A stretch of DNA of 64,000 nucleotides from NCBI GenBank assembly GCA_918797485.1, contig CAKKNE010000002.1, forward strand, positions 4,216,001 through 4,280,000, read 5' to 3'. The position numbers and the translations under genes are program-made. This stretch comes from Pelagomonas calceolata (Eukaryota). This document shows, piece by piece, positions 38,797 through 48,508 of the stretch (its first letter is position 1; every line of letters starts with the position of its first letter). The notes under the pieces were generated by a model that did no database searches, was not told where the DNA came from, and was given only the letters and a program-made list of their open reading frames with translations.

Positions 38797-38859
38797 CAGC
38801 CGTGAATTTCACCAGGGCTAGCATTCCATGAGCTATGGCTCCAGCCGTGAATTTCACCA
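38797..38859. repeat. 18-bp direct repeat CAGCCGTGAATTTCACCA, two copies 45 bp apart
   Basis: 38797-38814 and 38842-38859; each contains the dyad GTGAA-T-TTCAC; upstream of the PARG-like ATG. Confidence 0.8.
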
Positions 38860-39223
38860 CGGTTGCTGTCGTTTTCAATATTGAATGTACGCGTCTTTTA
38901 AGAGTAGAGTTCCTTGTTTTCATGCGTCCAAATTAGCCCCAGGGCAGTAGCTTGGGCAGCTTAGCAGGGCAGCTTCGAGATCAATCTGGAGCTACGGGTT
39001 TTCAGGAATGTTCCCGATCTCGCCGCGCGCCGCGACGTCTAGCATGTCCCAGGAGGGTGCGCGGACTCCGTGGTGCCCCAGAGGCTCCAGCCACTAGTCC
39101 TAGCGCCGTAGCAGAACAAGCCCCACACGCCCGGGCCGTCGAAGCAGAACTAAAACAAGGGGAATCTTAGGGTAGGTATGTTCAGACAAATTGTGTGCAG
39201 ACAACACAGGGTGATGGTGCGAT

Positions 39224-39805
39224 TCAGGTGAAGGTCCACTTCGTGCGCAGCCTCCCCGCCTTTCTCACAGAAGGCGCCTCGGGCAGCAGGTCGTCGAGCG
39301 CCACGAGGCCCTCGAGCTCGCCCGACGCGTCGTCGATGAGCGGCAGGACGGACAGCCCGTGCGCGCGCATCAGCAGCAACGCGTCGTTCGCCGCGCATTC
39401 ACGGGTCACGACCGGCACGTTCGTCTTCATGACGTCGCAGACGCGGATGCCCGTCTTGAGCACGTCGGCGCCCGTCAGGCCGCGGGCGCGCATGAGGGCC
39501 GGGTCCTGCTGTTTTTTTGGTTTCCGCGTGCCGTGGCTCAGGTAGGTCACGACGCCTCGGTCCGTCACTAGACCCGCGAAGCCCTCGTCCCCGTGGACCA
39601 CGAGCGCGCCGGCCTTTTCCATGCGCGCCATCGCCGCAGCATCCAACGTCGCCCGCGGGCCGATCGTCGCCTTGGCCAGGCGGTCGCCCGCGAGCTCGCC
39701 GCGCCTCGCGACGGCGCACGCGACGGACTCGCCGTTCACGAGCTTCGTCGCTGCTCTTGAAGCCGCGGCGGCGATGTTGGAGATGGAGCGGCCGACTGCG
39801 GCCAT
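39224..39805 (-). CDS. CBS-domain pair protein
   Basis: GALVVHGDEGFAGLVTDR; VCDVMKTNVPVV..ALLLMRAHGLSVLPLIDD..LEGLVALDDLL. Confidence 0.85.
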   Translation of the reverse strand: MAAVGRSISNIAAAASRAATKLVNGESVACAVARRGELAGDRLAKATIGPRATLDAAAMARMEKAGALVVHGDEGFAGLVTDRGVVTYLSHGTRKPKKQQDPALMRARGLTGADVLKTGIRVCDVMKTNVPVVTRECAANDALLLMRAHGLSVLPLIDDASGELEGLVALDDLLPEAPSVRKAGRLRTKWTFT

Positions 39806-40284
39806 TTCTGCAACTGCGACTTGCCTCACAAGTTGCCTGTGGCAATTTGGCACGACGCGAGGCACCGCAATGCGCGAGCTTCGAGGTCCAGCTAGATGTG
39901 GACACGAGGCGAGCTCACAGCGGTTGTCTCGTGCAGAGACGTGCAGGTGGATGAGATTAAGGACGCACAGGGGTCGACGACCGCCAAGGAGGAGGCTGGC
40001 GTTTGAGCATCGGAGTGACGCCCGGGCAAACACCCTTCAAACGATCCTACTCACCGCTCGCAGTCCTCCAACAATCCCGACATACGGATACCGGGCCAAA
40101 TTTTAACTGGCCCAACTGGCCCCACTGAGCCACTGAGCCGCGTCCGCGGGCAATCACCAGCCGAACACAACACATAGTTTTTTATCTTTTCTGCAGGACG
40201 CAGTCCTCTCACAACATCGCAAACACACGCATCCCATAGTACAACCTCGACCTTAGGCCCGGAGCGCCAACACACAAACACGCC

Positions 40285-40767
40285 TCAGAACCCCCGCGCC
40301 GCGGCCCGCGCGGCGGCCCGCTCCGCGTTGACACGCGGCCGGACGCCTCCCGGAGAGGCCTCGTCGAGCCACGACCCGAAGACGAGCGACATGACGCCGT
40401 CCCCGTCGTGTTCCTCGATCTTCAGCGACACGTCAGCGCCGAGCGTTTTACGTACTTCCTGAAGCGCCGTAACCGCGTCGTTGCCCATGCCCACAAAGAC
40501 GCAGTCGTCGCTCTCGAACAGCGCGTAGACGCCGGACACGGCCTCGCCGGCGTGAAGCTCGAGCCACTTTTCGTACTCTAAACTCGGCGCTTCTCTCAGC
40601 AATTGCATCGTCCCGCCGGTGTATCCATCATCTATTAATTCTCCGTGTCCTCCCGCGTGGTATAACCGAGTGCTGGGACGGCATGACCTCCAACCTGATG
40701 CAGGCGTGCCGAGAGGCGGCGCCAGCGCGCTGGCGGTGCCTACTGTCAATATTGTTGCAAACCGCAT
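40285..40767 (-). CDS. Probably plastid-targeted protein with a GIY-YIG-like segment
   Basis: Presequence MRFATILTVGTASA-LAP; SGVYALFESDDCVFVGMGND resembles a degenerate GIY-YIG motif. Confidence 0.5.
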   Translation of the reverse strand: MRFATILTVGTASALAPPLGTPASGWRSCRPSTRLYHAGGHGELIDDGYTGGTMQLLREAPSLEYEKWLELHAGEAVSGVYALFESDDCVFVGMGNDAVTALQEVRKTLGADVSLKIEEHDGDGVMSLVFGSWLDEASPGGVRPRVNAERAAARAAARGF

Positions 40768-40988
40768 CGCTCTTTCACTCGTTGCGGCTAGCGTCGCGGA
40801 GCTGAGGCTGTGCACGCGCCGTTAGCATCTCTGTGCCACGGAGAGCGCATGCTCACAGTGTCCGCGCGAAGCGGCGCCGTGCAAGACAGACGCGCCTGCC
40901 GAGTAATACGGAAGTCTGCTACACACTGCGGTACAAATTGGTGCGAACCGCGAGTCGCAGCGACGCCTGCAATCCATAAAGCAGCACG

Positions 40989-41724
40989 ATGCACACTGTG
41001 CTCCTGCTCTTGAGCGCCGCGGCGACGATAAATGCCTGGACGGCGCCCACCAAAGCAGTGCATAAGCTCCGCGTCCCGCCACGAAGAGATGAGGATCGAT
41101 GCTTCTACGGCGAAGTCGGCGTCGACGGCTCCGTCGTCGCGGACGTCGCGCAGCCGCGCGCAGACACTCTCCCACCGAAGCCGCCGAGCCCGGAACTCTC
41201 GCCGCTCGTATGGACCCGGCGTCACGCCACCAGCACGCCATCGTGGTGCGAGTCAGACGAATCACCGGTTTCTAATTACACAGGACGTCGTCGGCGAGCA
41301 GTTCCGAGCGTTGGAACGAGAAGACGTGAGCCACGCCTACAAGTTCGTGCACGAATCTATAAAAGAGCAGTACTCGCTGGACGTCGACCGCTACGAGCAA
41401 ATCTTCAAGGGTGCCGCCTATGACGGCTTATTGGGGTGCGCGTCGTGGAAGGTCACCGCACTGTCACCCTCCCCGATCGACGACGACCGGACCGTCGCTT
41501 CGATGACCGTGCTCCCGAAGCCGGTCCCGGGGTGCGTCAGGGTGGCTGGAGTTGCCGGCCAGCAAGGCATAACGTGGCCCACGTTCTACAAGTGGGAACT
41601 GCGGAAACAAAAAGACGGCTGCTGGATGATCGAGAACATGACTCCCGAGCCGCCGCCCATCGACACGGTGGCTACCGACGCGACGCCACTGCTCGAGTCC
41701 GAGTCTGCCACGGCGGCGCCATAA
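40989..41724 (+). CDS. Presequence-bearing protein, DUF4864-like; exons 40989-41207 and 41284-41724
   Basis: A 76-nt GTATGG..CTAATTACACAG intron joins PSPELSPL to DVVGEQFRAL..AYKF in frame; signal peptide ends INA-WTAP. Confidence 0.7.
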
Positions 41725-41745
41725 GATAAGATTGTGCTACAACAA

Positions 41746-44256
41746 TTAGATCCTACACGCCTCCGCCAGCATTCGTTCCGCCGCGACGTGGTCCGCGAGC
41801 CCTTGATAAAACAATGACCGGAGCTCGCCCCCGTCGCGCGCCGTCGCGCGCGCGTGCTCGGCCACCCGCAGCAGCGCCTTCACCGGGTACGGGTCGTCGC
41901 CGACGCCGTCGAAGGCGTCGTCGCCCACGCCTTTCACCAAATCGTCGGCGTCGTCAACGATGCCGGCCAAGGCGCGAGCGACGTCGTCGGGCCCCCGCAG
42001 CGCCGGCACGACGAGGGTCTCGTCGAACGCCGTCGCGAGCGGGCCGCACGCCGCCGCCGGGTCCGCCGCCGTCGCCACCACGAAGAGTCTGTCGCCCGCG
42101 GCGGGCGGCCGCCGGCACAGCGCGCGCAAGGCCGCCGTCGCGGGCCCGTCGACGACGGAGTCGACGTCGTCCAGCACCAGCACACTCTTCGCGTGCTCGG
42201 CCTGGGCGTCGAAGGCCGCCGCGAGGCCCGTCGAGGGCGAGGCGCCGTCCCTTAGTAAATCGTAGGCCGTCTGGAACGCCACCGCGTCGACGGCGCCGTC
42301 CCGCGCCGCGTCGCGCGCCGCGACGGCGGCGTGCGCGGTGCAGCCGGATCCGCGCACCTCCGGGACCAAGAGTACGCTCCGCGTCGCGCCCGGCGCGCCG
42401 CTCCGGAGGAACCGTTTTAAGTAAGATCGGACCGACGAGTGCGCGGCGACGTCCAGGAGGCCGTGCGGCGCCCTCCGCGCGAGGTCGCCGTCCGCGCGCG
42501 TCGCGGCCGGCGTGATGTCCTGGAGCGCCTCCTCGAGATGGGCTTTTGACACGGTAGGTGAACCTTGCGCTAAGGCTCGCGACGCCGCCGCGCGCACCAA
42601 CCCAGCAATCTCCGCGCCCGAAAACAAATCTGTGCGCGCCGCCAGGCCGCCCTCGACGTCGTCGACGTAGGCCCGCGCATCGTCGGCGAGGGCGCCGTTC
42701 TCCCTCATCCGCCGCGTGTGAATGCGGGCGATGTCGCGGCGGCCGACGGCGTCCGGCCGTCTTACTTGTAATTGCACTTCCAGGCGCCCCGGCCGCAACA
42801 ACGCTTCGTCTATGAGCTCGGGCCGGTTCGTGCAGCCGACGACGAGCACGTTCGGCGCCTCGACGACGCCGTCCATTTTGGCCAGGAGTTGATTCACTAC
42901 CCCGTCGCGCACGCCCGTCGTGTCCCCGGTCAGGGAGCCCCGCCGCCGCGCGATGGCGTCCATCTCGTCGAAGACGACCACGTGCAGCGCCGACGCGTCG
43001 CCGACCTGCCGGAACTCCGCCTCGGCCGGCGCGAAGAGCTCCCGCACCTTCCGCTCGGCCTCTCCGACGAACTTGTCGAGGATTTCCGGCCCGTTGACGA
43101 TCTGCGGCTCGCGCGCGCCCAAGGCTCGCGCCAGCTCCCGCGCCAACAACGTCTTGCCGCAGCCCGGCGGGCCACTCAATAGAACACCTCTCACGTGGCC
43201 CACGCCGAGTCGCTTCGCCGCTTCCGGCGAGGCTCGGCTCGCGAGGACGCGCCTCACGATGGCATCGAGCTGCTGCTCTAGACCGCCGACGCGCTCGCGC
43301 AGGGCCTCCTGGGTCAATAAAGCCGGGTTCGCCTCGAGCTCCTCCTCTTCTTCTTCGTCCTCCTCCTTCTCCTCCTCAAAGGCGACGAGCGCGTCGCGCA
43401 CGTCTTTAGGCACCTCACCACTGAGCAGCTTCTCGAGCGCCTCGCGGCCCTCGTCGGCCGAGCCCGTCGGCGGCCGCAGCACGACTTCGAGGACCGCGGT
43501 CGGCCCCTTCTGCGCCGTGAGGCGCTGCGGCGGGCCGCCGAGCATCTTCGCCACGGCCCCGACCGTCGCCGAGCCACCGACGCCGGCCGTCGCGCCGCGC
43601 AGCTCCTTCTTCGGGCCGAGCGGGCTCATCCCATCCCGGCCCCGCCGCAACTTCTGGAGGAACACCGTGCCCGCGAGCGGCTTGACGAAGACGTGCGAGC
43701 CCTCGAGGAACATCTGCTCGACCTCCCTGCTTTCCGACTCCTCGCCCCACGCCCGCAGCGTGACGTCCCAGGCCTCGCCGCCCGCGAGCCGATACGCGCC
43801 GCCGTCCTTGAGCGACGAACCCCAGAGCTTCTTCGACCCCTTCAATCGTATCGCGTCGACGGCGTCGCGCACGGCACTGACTTTGTCCGTGTCGGCCCAC
43901 GTGCCCCAGGCGTAGCGCCCGTTGCCCGAGGACTCGGTCCCTTCGCCCGTCGACGTCTCCACCGCGATGCGCGCCAGTTCGGCCAGCTCGTCGACCGCGC
44001 TCTTCGAAAAGTCTATGCCCGCATCCAGCCGGTTGTCGAGCAGTAGCCCGTCGCCCTCGTACAGTTCGCCGCTCGCCTTGCGCTGCTGATGTTCCATGTA
44101 GATTTGGCGCCGGCGCGTGTCGAGGCGCGCCGCTTTGCCTTGGAGTTTGCTCACGTCGAACGGCTCGTCGCTCGCGCGCAAGGGATGGCTGCGCTGCGTA
44201 GATGGTGAGGGTGCGAAGGCTGCGGCGACGCCTAGCGTTAGCCAGGCGTGCCGCAT
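41746..44256 (-). CDS. NSF/Sec18-like AAA+ ATPase with bipartite plastid-type presequence
   Basis: MRHAWLTLGVAAA-FAP; GPPGCGKTLLARELARALGAREPQIVNGPEILDKFVGEAE, LHVVVFDEMDAI, VVNQLLAKMDGV, ALLRPGRLEV; second AAA domain degenerate. Confidence 0.85.
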   Translation of the reverse strand: MRHAWLTLGVAAAFAPSPSTQRSHPLRASDEPFDVSKLQGKAARLDTRRRQIYMEHQQRKASGELYEGDGLLLDNRLDAGIDFSKSAVDELAELARIAVETSTGEGTESSGNGRYAWGTWADTDKVSAVRDAVDAIRLKGSKKLWGSSLKDGGAYRLAGGEAWDVTLRAWGEESESREVEQMFLEGSHVFVKPLAGTVFLQKLRRGRDGMSPLGPKKELRGATAGVGGSATVGAVAKMLGGPPQRLTAQKGPTAVLEVVLRPPTGSADEGREALEKLLSGEVPKDVRDALVAFEEEKEEDEEEEEELEANPALLTQEALRERVGGLEQQLDAIVRRVLASRASPEAAKRLGVGHVRGVLLSGPPGCGKTLLARELARALGAREPQIVNGPEILDKFVGEAERKVRELFAPAEAEFRQVGDASALHVVVFDEMDAIARRRGSLTGDTTGVRDGVVNQLLAKMDGVVEAPNVLVVGCTNRPELIDEALLRPGRLEVQLQVRRPDAVGRRDIARIHTRRMRENGALADDARAYVDDVEGGLAARTDLFSGAEIAGLVRAAASRALAQGSPTVSKAHLEEALQDITPAATRADGDLARRAPHGLLDVAAHSSVRSYLKRFLRSGAPGATRSVLLVPEVRGSGCTAHAAVAARDAARDGAVDAVAFQTAYDLLRDGASPSTGLAAAFDAQAEHAKSVLVLDDVDSVVDGPATAALRALCRRPPAAGDRLFVVATAADPAAACGPLATAFDETLVVPALRGPDDVARALAGIVDDADDLVKGVGDDAFDGVGDDPYPVKALLRVAEHARATARDGGELRSLFYQGLADHVAAERMLAEACRI

Positions 44257-44621
44257 GATGCTGCAGCTGCACGGCTCGTGCGCGCTAACCACGGGCACGG
44301 ATCGCTGCGACTGTCTTGGCTTTCACGAGTCTCGTTGGTGCACTGAACCTGTCGCTGCCACCAATTGCAGCGGTCGCAAGCCCGATTGCCTCTCTTGTTG
44401 GTCACCGCTCTCCTAAGCCTAAAACGCTGTCAGCAGCACACGAATAGTGCGCTATTTGTTGCGTGACGCACGGCATCGATCGCATACGTGGGAAACGAGA
44501 CTTCTGCCGCCAAGAAGACCGCTCTAATCCTGACGCGTCGGCAAGCAGCACCACAGCAAAGACCACACCGAGGGCTGCACGACGTCGCCGCAGCGATCAT
44601 ACAAAAAAGAAGTAGCGAACG

Positions 44622-45362
44622 ATGCACTGGATGCTGGCCGCCCTCGCGGCAACGGCGGCCTTCCAGCCGCCGCAAGCGCAACTCACGCCGAGGCGGCCGC
44701 GCGCCACCTCGGCCGCCGACGAAGAAGGATGGCGCTTCGAAGGAAGGTTCGTCTTCGCGCCGCAGCTGGTGAGAGTGCCCGACGACCCGCCCGACGCGTA
44801 CATAGTGAACGTCTTCGGCTGGACGCTCGGGGGTGTTGTTGCGCTCCAATACGACTCGTCGCTCGTCGGCCCCTACTTGGAATTCGTGGAGATGGGCGCT
44901 TTGGTTGTGAGGAACGGTTGTATCGGCCAGTGGGGTGCGCGGTTACTCGTTTCAAACGAGGAAGCGAAAGAGGCGTGCGAGGACGTGTGGCGCGTTCCCG
45001 CTGGGACACGCTCCCTCAACTATATTGATGAGGGCGGCACGTTGGTTGTCGAAGGTGATGATGACTCCTCTAAAATTCATGGCTGGTCCCGCGTCAAGGG
45101 CGGCCTGCGGCTCTTTGGGTGGCGGTCGCCGGCGTTGCCCGTGTTGTGGACGCCGCAGATCAAGGCGCTTTGGGCGCCCGTGAAGCTGCCTTCATCTAGA
45201 AATGTTGATTTGGACGTGCACGTGCTGGGCCTCTCGGCGACGTCGATTGCATTACGGCGATTCCGAGATGACCGCGACGTCGATCGGATCCCGCTGGGCT
45301 TCTGCGTGGCCGCGGACGGGCTGCGGATCGATATTGCCCCGTGGCGCGGGGACCGGTTGTGA
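44622..45362 (+). CDS. Acetoacetate-decarboxylase-like / NEOXANTHIN-DEFICIENT 1-like plastid protein
   Basis: ATAA-FQP presequence; WRFEGR, FGWTLGGVVALQYDSSLVGPYLEFV, WGARLLVSNEEA..VWRVP. Confidence 0.65.
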   Translation: MHWMLAALAATAAFQPPQAQLTPRRPRATSAADEEGWRFEGRFVFAPQLVRVPDDPPDAYIVNVFGWTLGGVVALQYDSSLVGPYLEFVEMGALVVRNGCIGQWGARLLVSNEEAKEACEDVWRVPAGTRSLNYIDEGGTLVVEGDDDSSKIHGWSRVKGGLRLFGWRSPALPVLWTPQIKALWAPVKLPSSRNVDLDVHVLGLSATSIALRRFRDDRDVDRIPLGFCVAADGLRIDIAPWRGDRL

Positions 45363-45390
45363 ATGTAATGTTTTTGTTGTGATCACATAC

Positions 45391-46500
45391 TTACTCCCGG
45401 CCCGCGCGCCGCACCCGCCACCGCAGCAGTCTCTCACTGGTCCAGACGCCGAGCGCAAGCCTCGCCTCCTTGAACGCGTTCCCGAGCGACGGCGGCGCCG
45501 GTGGCCGCGGAGCGTGCGACACGGCAGGGAAACTTAGCGGCGGGAGTTCAGCGAGCGTCGGCGGGCGTGCTCCAGGGAGCAGGACGACCTTCGGCGGCGG
45601 CCGCCCGAGGAGCGCCCGCGCGAAAGCGAAGAGCGCGCGCCGCGTCGGCGGCAGGACCACGACGACCGCGGCAGCGACGGCGGCGCGGCGTAGGCGCCGT
45701 CGTCGCCGGCCCGGCGCTGGTGGGGCGGCGCCGCGCGTCGGCGCCGGCGCGACGGCCGCGTCGGCGGCGACAAGTTTGGCGCTCCGGAGTTCTGCGCGCA
45801 GCTCTGCGATCACCGTGTCGCGCGCCGCGAGGGCATCTTTCTCCCTTAAAAGCTCCTTGAGCATCTGTTGCGTGCGCTGCTCGTGCGCCTTGAGCTCTTG
45901 CTTAAAGGCCGCGTCCGACCCGCGGTCGGTGAGCGCCCACTTCACCTCCGTCCGCAGCCGCTCGATCTCCGCGTCCTTCGCGAGGAGCAGCTGGGTATTG
46001 ACGGCGGCGCGCGGCGGCGGCGCCAGCGGCGCTTTGATGAGCAGCCGCGAGGGAGCAGCTTCGGGTGGCGGCGGCAGCGGCGGCACCGCGAGCGCGAACG
46101 CCGCGCCCAGAGACGCCCCGAGCGCCGCGTAGAGGACCAGGTCCCGGAGGAACGACGGGGGCTCGTGCTTTTTTTGGACGACCGCGGGAGACTTCGGGGC
46201 GCCCGGCTCCTCCTTGGTCTCTTCCTTGCTCACGACCCGTGGGATCGGCTTGTCGTCGACGTGGGCCGGAGCCATCGTACTCTTCACGTTCTTCTTGGGC
46301 GAGAGGGTGACGGAGCGCGATTGCGGCGTGCTGTTGCTTCCTTTGCCCAGCGCCTCAAAGCGCGAGGGCGGCGACGCGGCGTTGCTCCCGTCGCGCAGCG
46401 CCTCGGACGAAGGTGAAGCTACCGGGGAGCCGACGACGCGCGGCCGCGGCGGGATGTTCTCTTTGGTCGGCAGGTTCTCCTTGGGGCTGGGCGGGGGCAT
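45391..46500 (-). CDS. Hypothetical membrane protein with coiled coil
   Basis: TM LVLYAALGASLGAAFALAV, a coiled coil and a second hydrophobic stretch. Confidence 0.6.
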   Translation of the reverse strand: MPPPSPKENLPTKENIPPRPRVVGSPVASPSSEALRDGSNAASPPSRFEALGKGSNSTPQSRSVTLSPKKNVKSTMAPAHVDDKPIPRVVSKEETKEEPGAPKSPAVVQKKHEPPSFLRDLVLYAALGASLGAAFALAVPPLPPPPEAAPSRLLIKAPLAPPPRAAVNTQLLLAKDAEIERLRTEVKWALTDRGSDAAFKQELKAHEQRTQQMLKELLREKDALAARDTVIAELRAELRSAKLVAADAAVAPAPTRGAAPPAPGRRRRRLRRAAVAAAVVVVLPPTRRALFAFARALLGRPPPKVVLLPGARPPTLAELPPLSFPAVSHAPRPPAPPSLGNAFKEARLALGVWTSERLLRWRVRRAGRE

Positions 46501-46765
46501 TGACTCCGCGCCTGGAGCTTGCGAGCAAGCAACTGATGAATTAATTCGCCGCGGGCTTGTGCGCGCCCGCAAGCCGGTTACTTTCAGTTCGCGCAGTCCA
46601 CAGCGACCGCGCCAAGCTGTAGCTAGCCTCTGCAAGCCGCGGAAGCTCCTCAAATTAATTGAGAACTGAAAAATCTCCTCCAAATGGCGTGAGGCGGGGG
46701 TCTAGCCTAATTGGCTTCCTAGCGTAGCAGACTTACTAGTAAATCACAATACACTTAAAGGGTCT

Positions 46766-48193
46766 TCAGACTCGTCTCTCGTCGAAGTACCGCGCGATCG
46801 CCGCGATGCCCTCCTCCGCCACGGCGCGCGGCGGCTCGACGAGGTTCACCGTACCGACGCACTCGACCTCACACGACGTGAGCTCGGCGATAGACCGGGG
46901 CAGCGTCGTTAAACTGGAGCAGAAGATGAGCTGGAGCGACGCGAGCGCGCGGAGTGATCCGATCGACGCCGGCAGCGCCGATAGTCGCGAGCACTCGCTC
47001 AGGTCGAGGGCCCGCAGGTTTTCGAGGCGCCCGAGCGACTCCGGCAGCGCCGCGAGGCCGCTGCAGCGCCAGAGGACCAGCTCCTCGAGGTCCTCCAAGT
47101 CGCCGAGCGCCTCGGGCAGCGCCTCGATGTCCTCGCCCGACAGGTCCAACACGGTCGTCTCGCCGCGCTCGACGCGCCGCACGGCCTCGCGCGCCGCCGC
47201 GCTTGCTTGCCAAGCCGCGTCGTCGGCGACGGGCGTGGCAGAAGAAAAATCTCCCTTCTCCTCGCTCACCGCGACGCCCTTCGACCACTCCACGACCGAC
47301 ACAGGCGTCGACGCCGCCCCGAAGAGCGGGTCCACGAAGCATACCGGGAACGAGTCGCTAGCCAGGGGCGCGCCGTCGGCGATGCCCGGATCGCTCGTTG
47401 GTATGGCGCAGCGGCCCGATTCGAACCGTGGTCGGTCGAACACGACGTCGTCGCCGACGAAGCGCAGCACGAGCGACCGTCCGAAGCAGCCCGGACCGCC
47501 ATGAACGCATCGAGCATCGAAGACCAATGCGTCGCCCGCGCACAATTCGAACTGCGCCGCGTTCGTGGGCGCCGCGGCCGCCGGCAGGTCCCGGGCGGCC
47601 TCGTAGCGCTCCCCCGTCGCGAACTGGACCGGCGCCAGGTCGCCCTCATGCAAATGCGAGCCAGGTGCAAACGCCAGGGAATTCGGCGCGTCGTGGTCGT
47701 CCAGAGCTATGGCCACAGAAGCGATCTGCTTCCCCCGGACGGCCCAATAGGAGCCGTCGGCGTGCCACGGCGTGCTGGCATTTCGCGCGTACGCATTTGA
47801 TGCGTGCTTCACGAACAATTGGTCGTAGAGGAAGGTCGCGGTGCGCGACTCCATGAGCCGCGCGGCCACGGCGGCGGCGGCACCCGTCTCCGCAAAGTCC
47901 CTCAACGTAGCATGTCTCTTGTACAGCTCTAGGTCCGTGAAATAGTTCGGCTCGCCGTCGCCGCCCGGCGCGAGGTCCTCGGCGTACGGACCCGGCGTCG
48001 CGACGCAGTCCGCCACCGCCTGTCGCAGTAGTTCCACCGTGGCGGCGTCGGCGACGCCACGAATGACGACAACGCCATCTTTCCGATACTTGTCGACGTG
48101 CGCCGCGGAGATGCGCTTCGCGACTTGTGGTATCGTCGACGGCGCGAGGCTGCTCGCCAGCGCGCCGACGAGCGCGAGGCTGGCGCCGCGCAT
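46766..48193 (-). CDS. PhyH-family Fe(II)/2OG dioxygenase fused to C-terminal leucine-rich repeats
   Basis: YRKDGVVVIRG, TPWHADGSYW, IALDD, PGSH, AGDALVFDARCVHG; LRRs LPEALGDLEDLEELVL, LPESLGRLENLRALDLSEC, LPASIGSLRALASLQL. Confidence 0.8.
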   Translation of the reverse strand: MRGASLALVGALASSLAPSTIPQVAKRISAAHVDKYRKDGVVVIRGVADAATVELLRQAVADCVATPGPYAEDLAPGGDGEPNYFTDLELYKRHATLRDFAETGAAAAVAARLMESRTATFLYDQLFVKHASNAYARNASTPWHADGSYWAVRGKQIASVAIALDDHDAPNSLAFAPGSHLHEGDLAPVQFATGERYEAARDLPAAAAPTNAAQFELCAGDALVFDARCVHGGPGCFGRSLVLRFVGDDVVFDRPRFESGRCAIPTSDPGIADGAPLASDSFPVCFVDPLFGAASTPVSVVEWSKGVAVSEEKGDFSSATPVADDAAWQASAAAREAVRRVERGETTVLDLSGEDIEALPEALGDLEDLEELVLWRCSGLAALPESLGRLENLRALDLSECSRLSALPASIGSLRALASLQLIFCSSLTTLPRSIAELTSCEVECVGTVNLVEPPRAVAEEGIAAIARYFDERRV

Positions 48194-48508
48194 GGTACAC
48201 TGAGTCCACCGATGCGGCGAGTTGTAGGCTGCTGGAGAGGTGTGATTTTCAAGCCAGGGGTGCGGAGTGGCAACGCAAGGAGCGCGCCGAAGCGAACGCG
48301 CACGCAATGAGCAGTATATGTCTGGAGTCTAACGCGTCACGCGCGCCTCACAAGGCCGCAACCAACTTGAGTAAGGCGGGACCGCATGTTAGTGTATCGA
48401 CATACTAGCGTCGCAAAATCGACATCGCACAGTGCGTCCAGCCTTCTGCACAGCAGCGAAAGCGAACGCAGCCTCGTACCGTCACAGGTCGAAGGGCAGC
48501 CATCGAGG

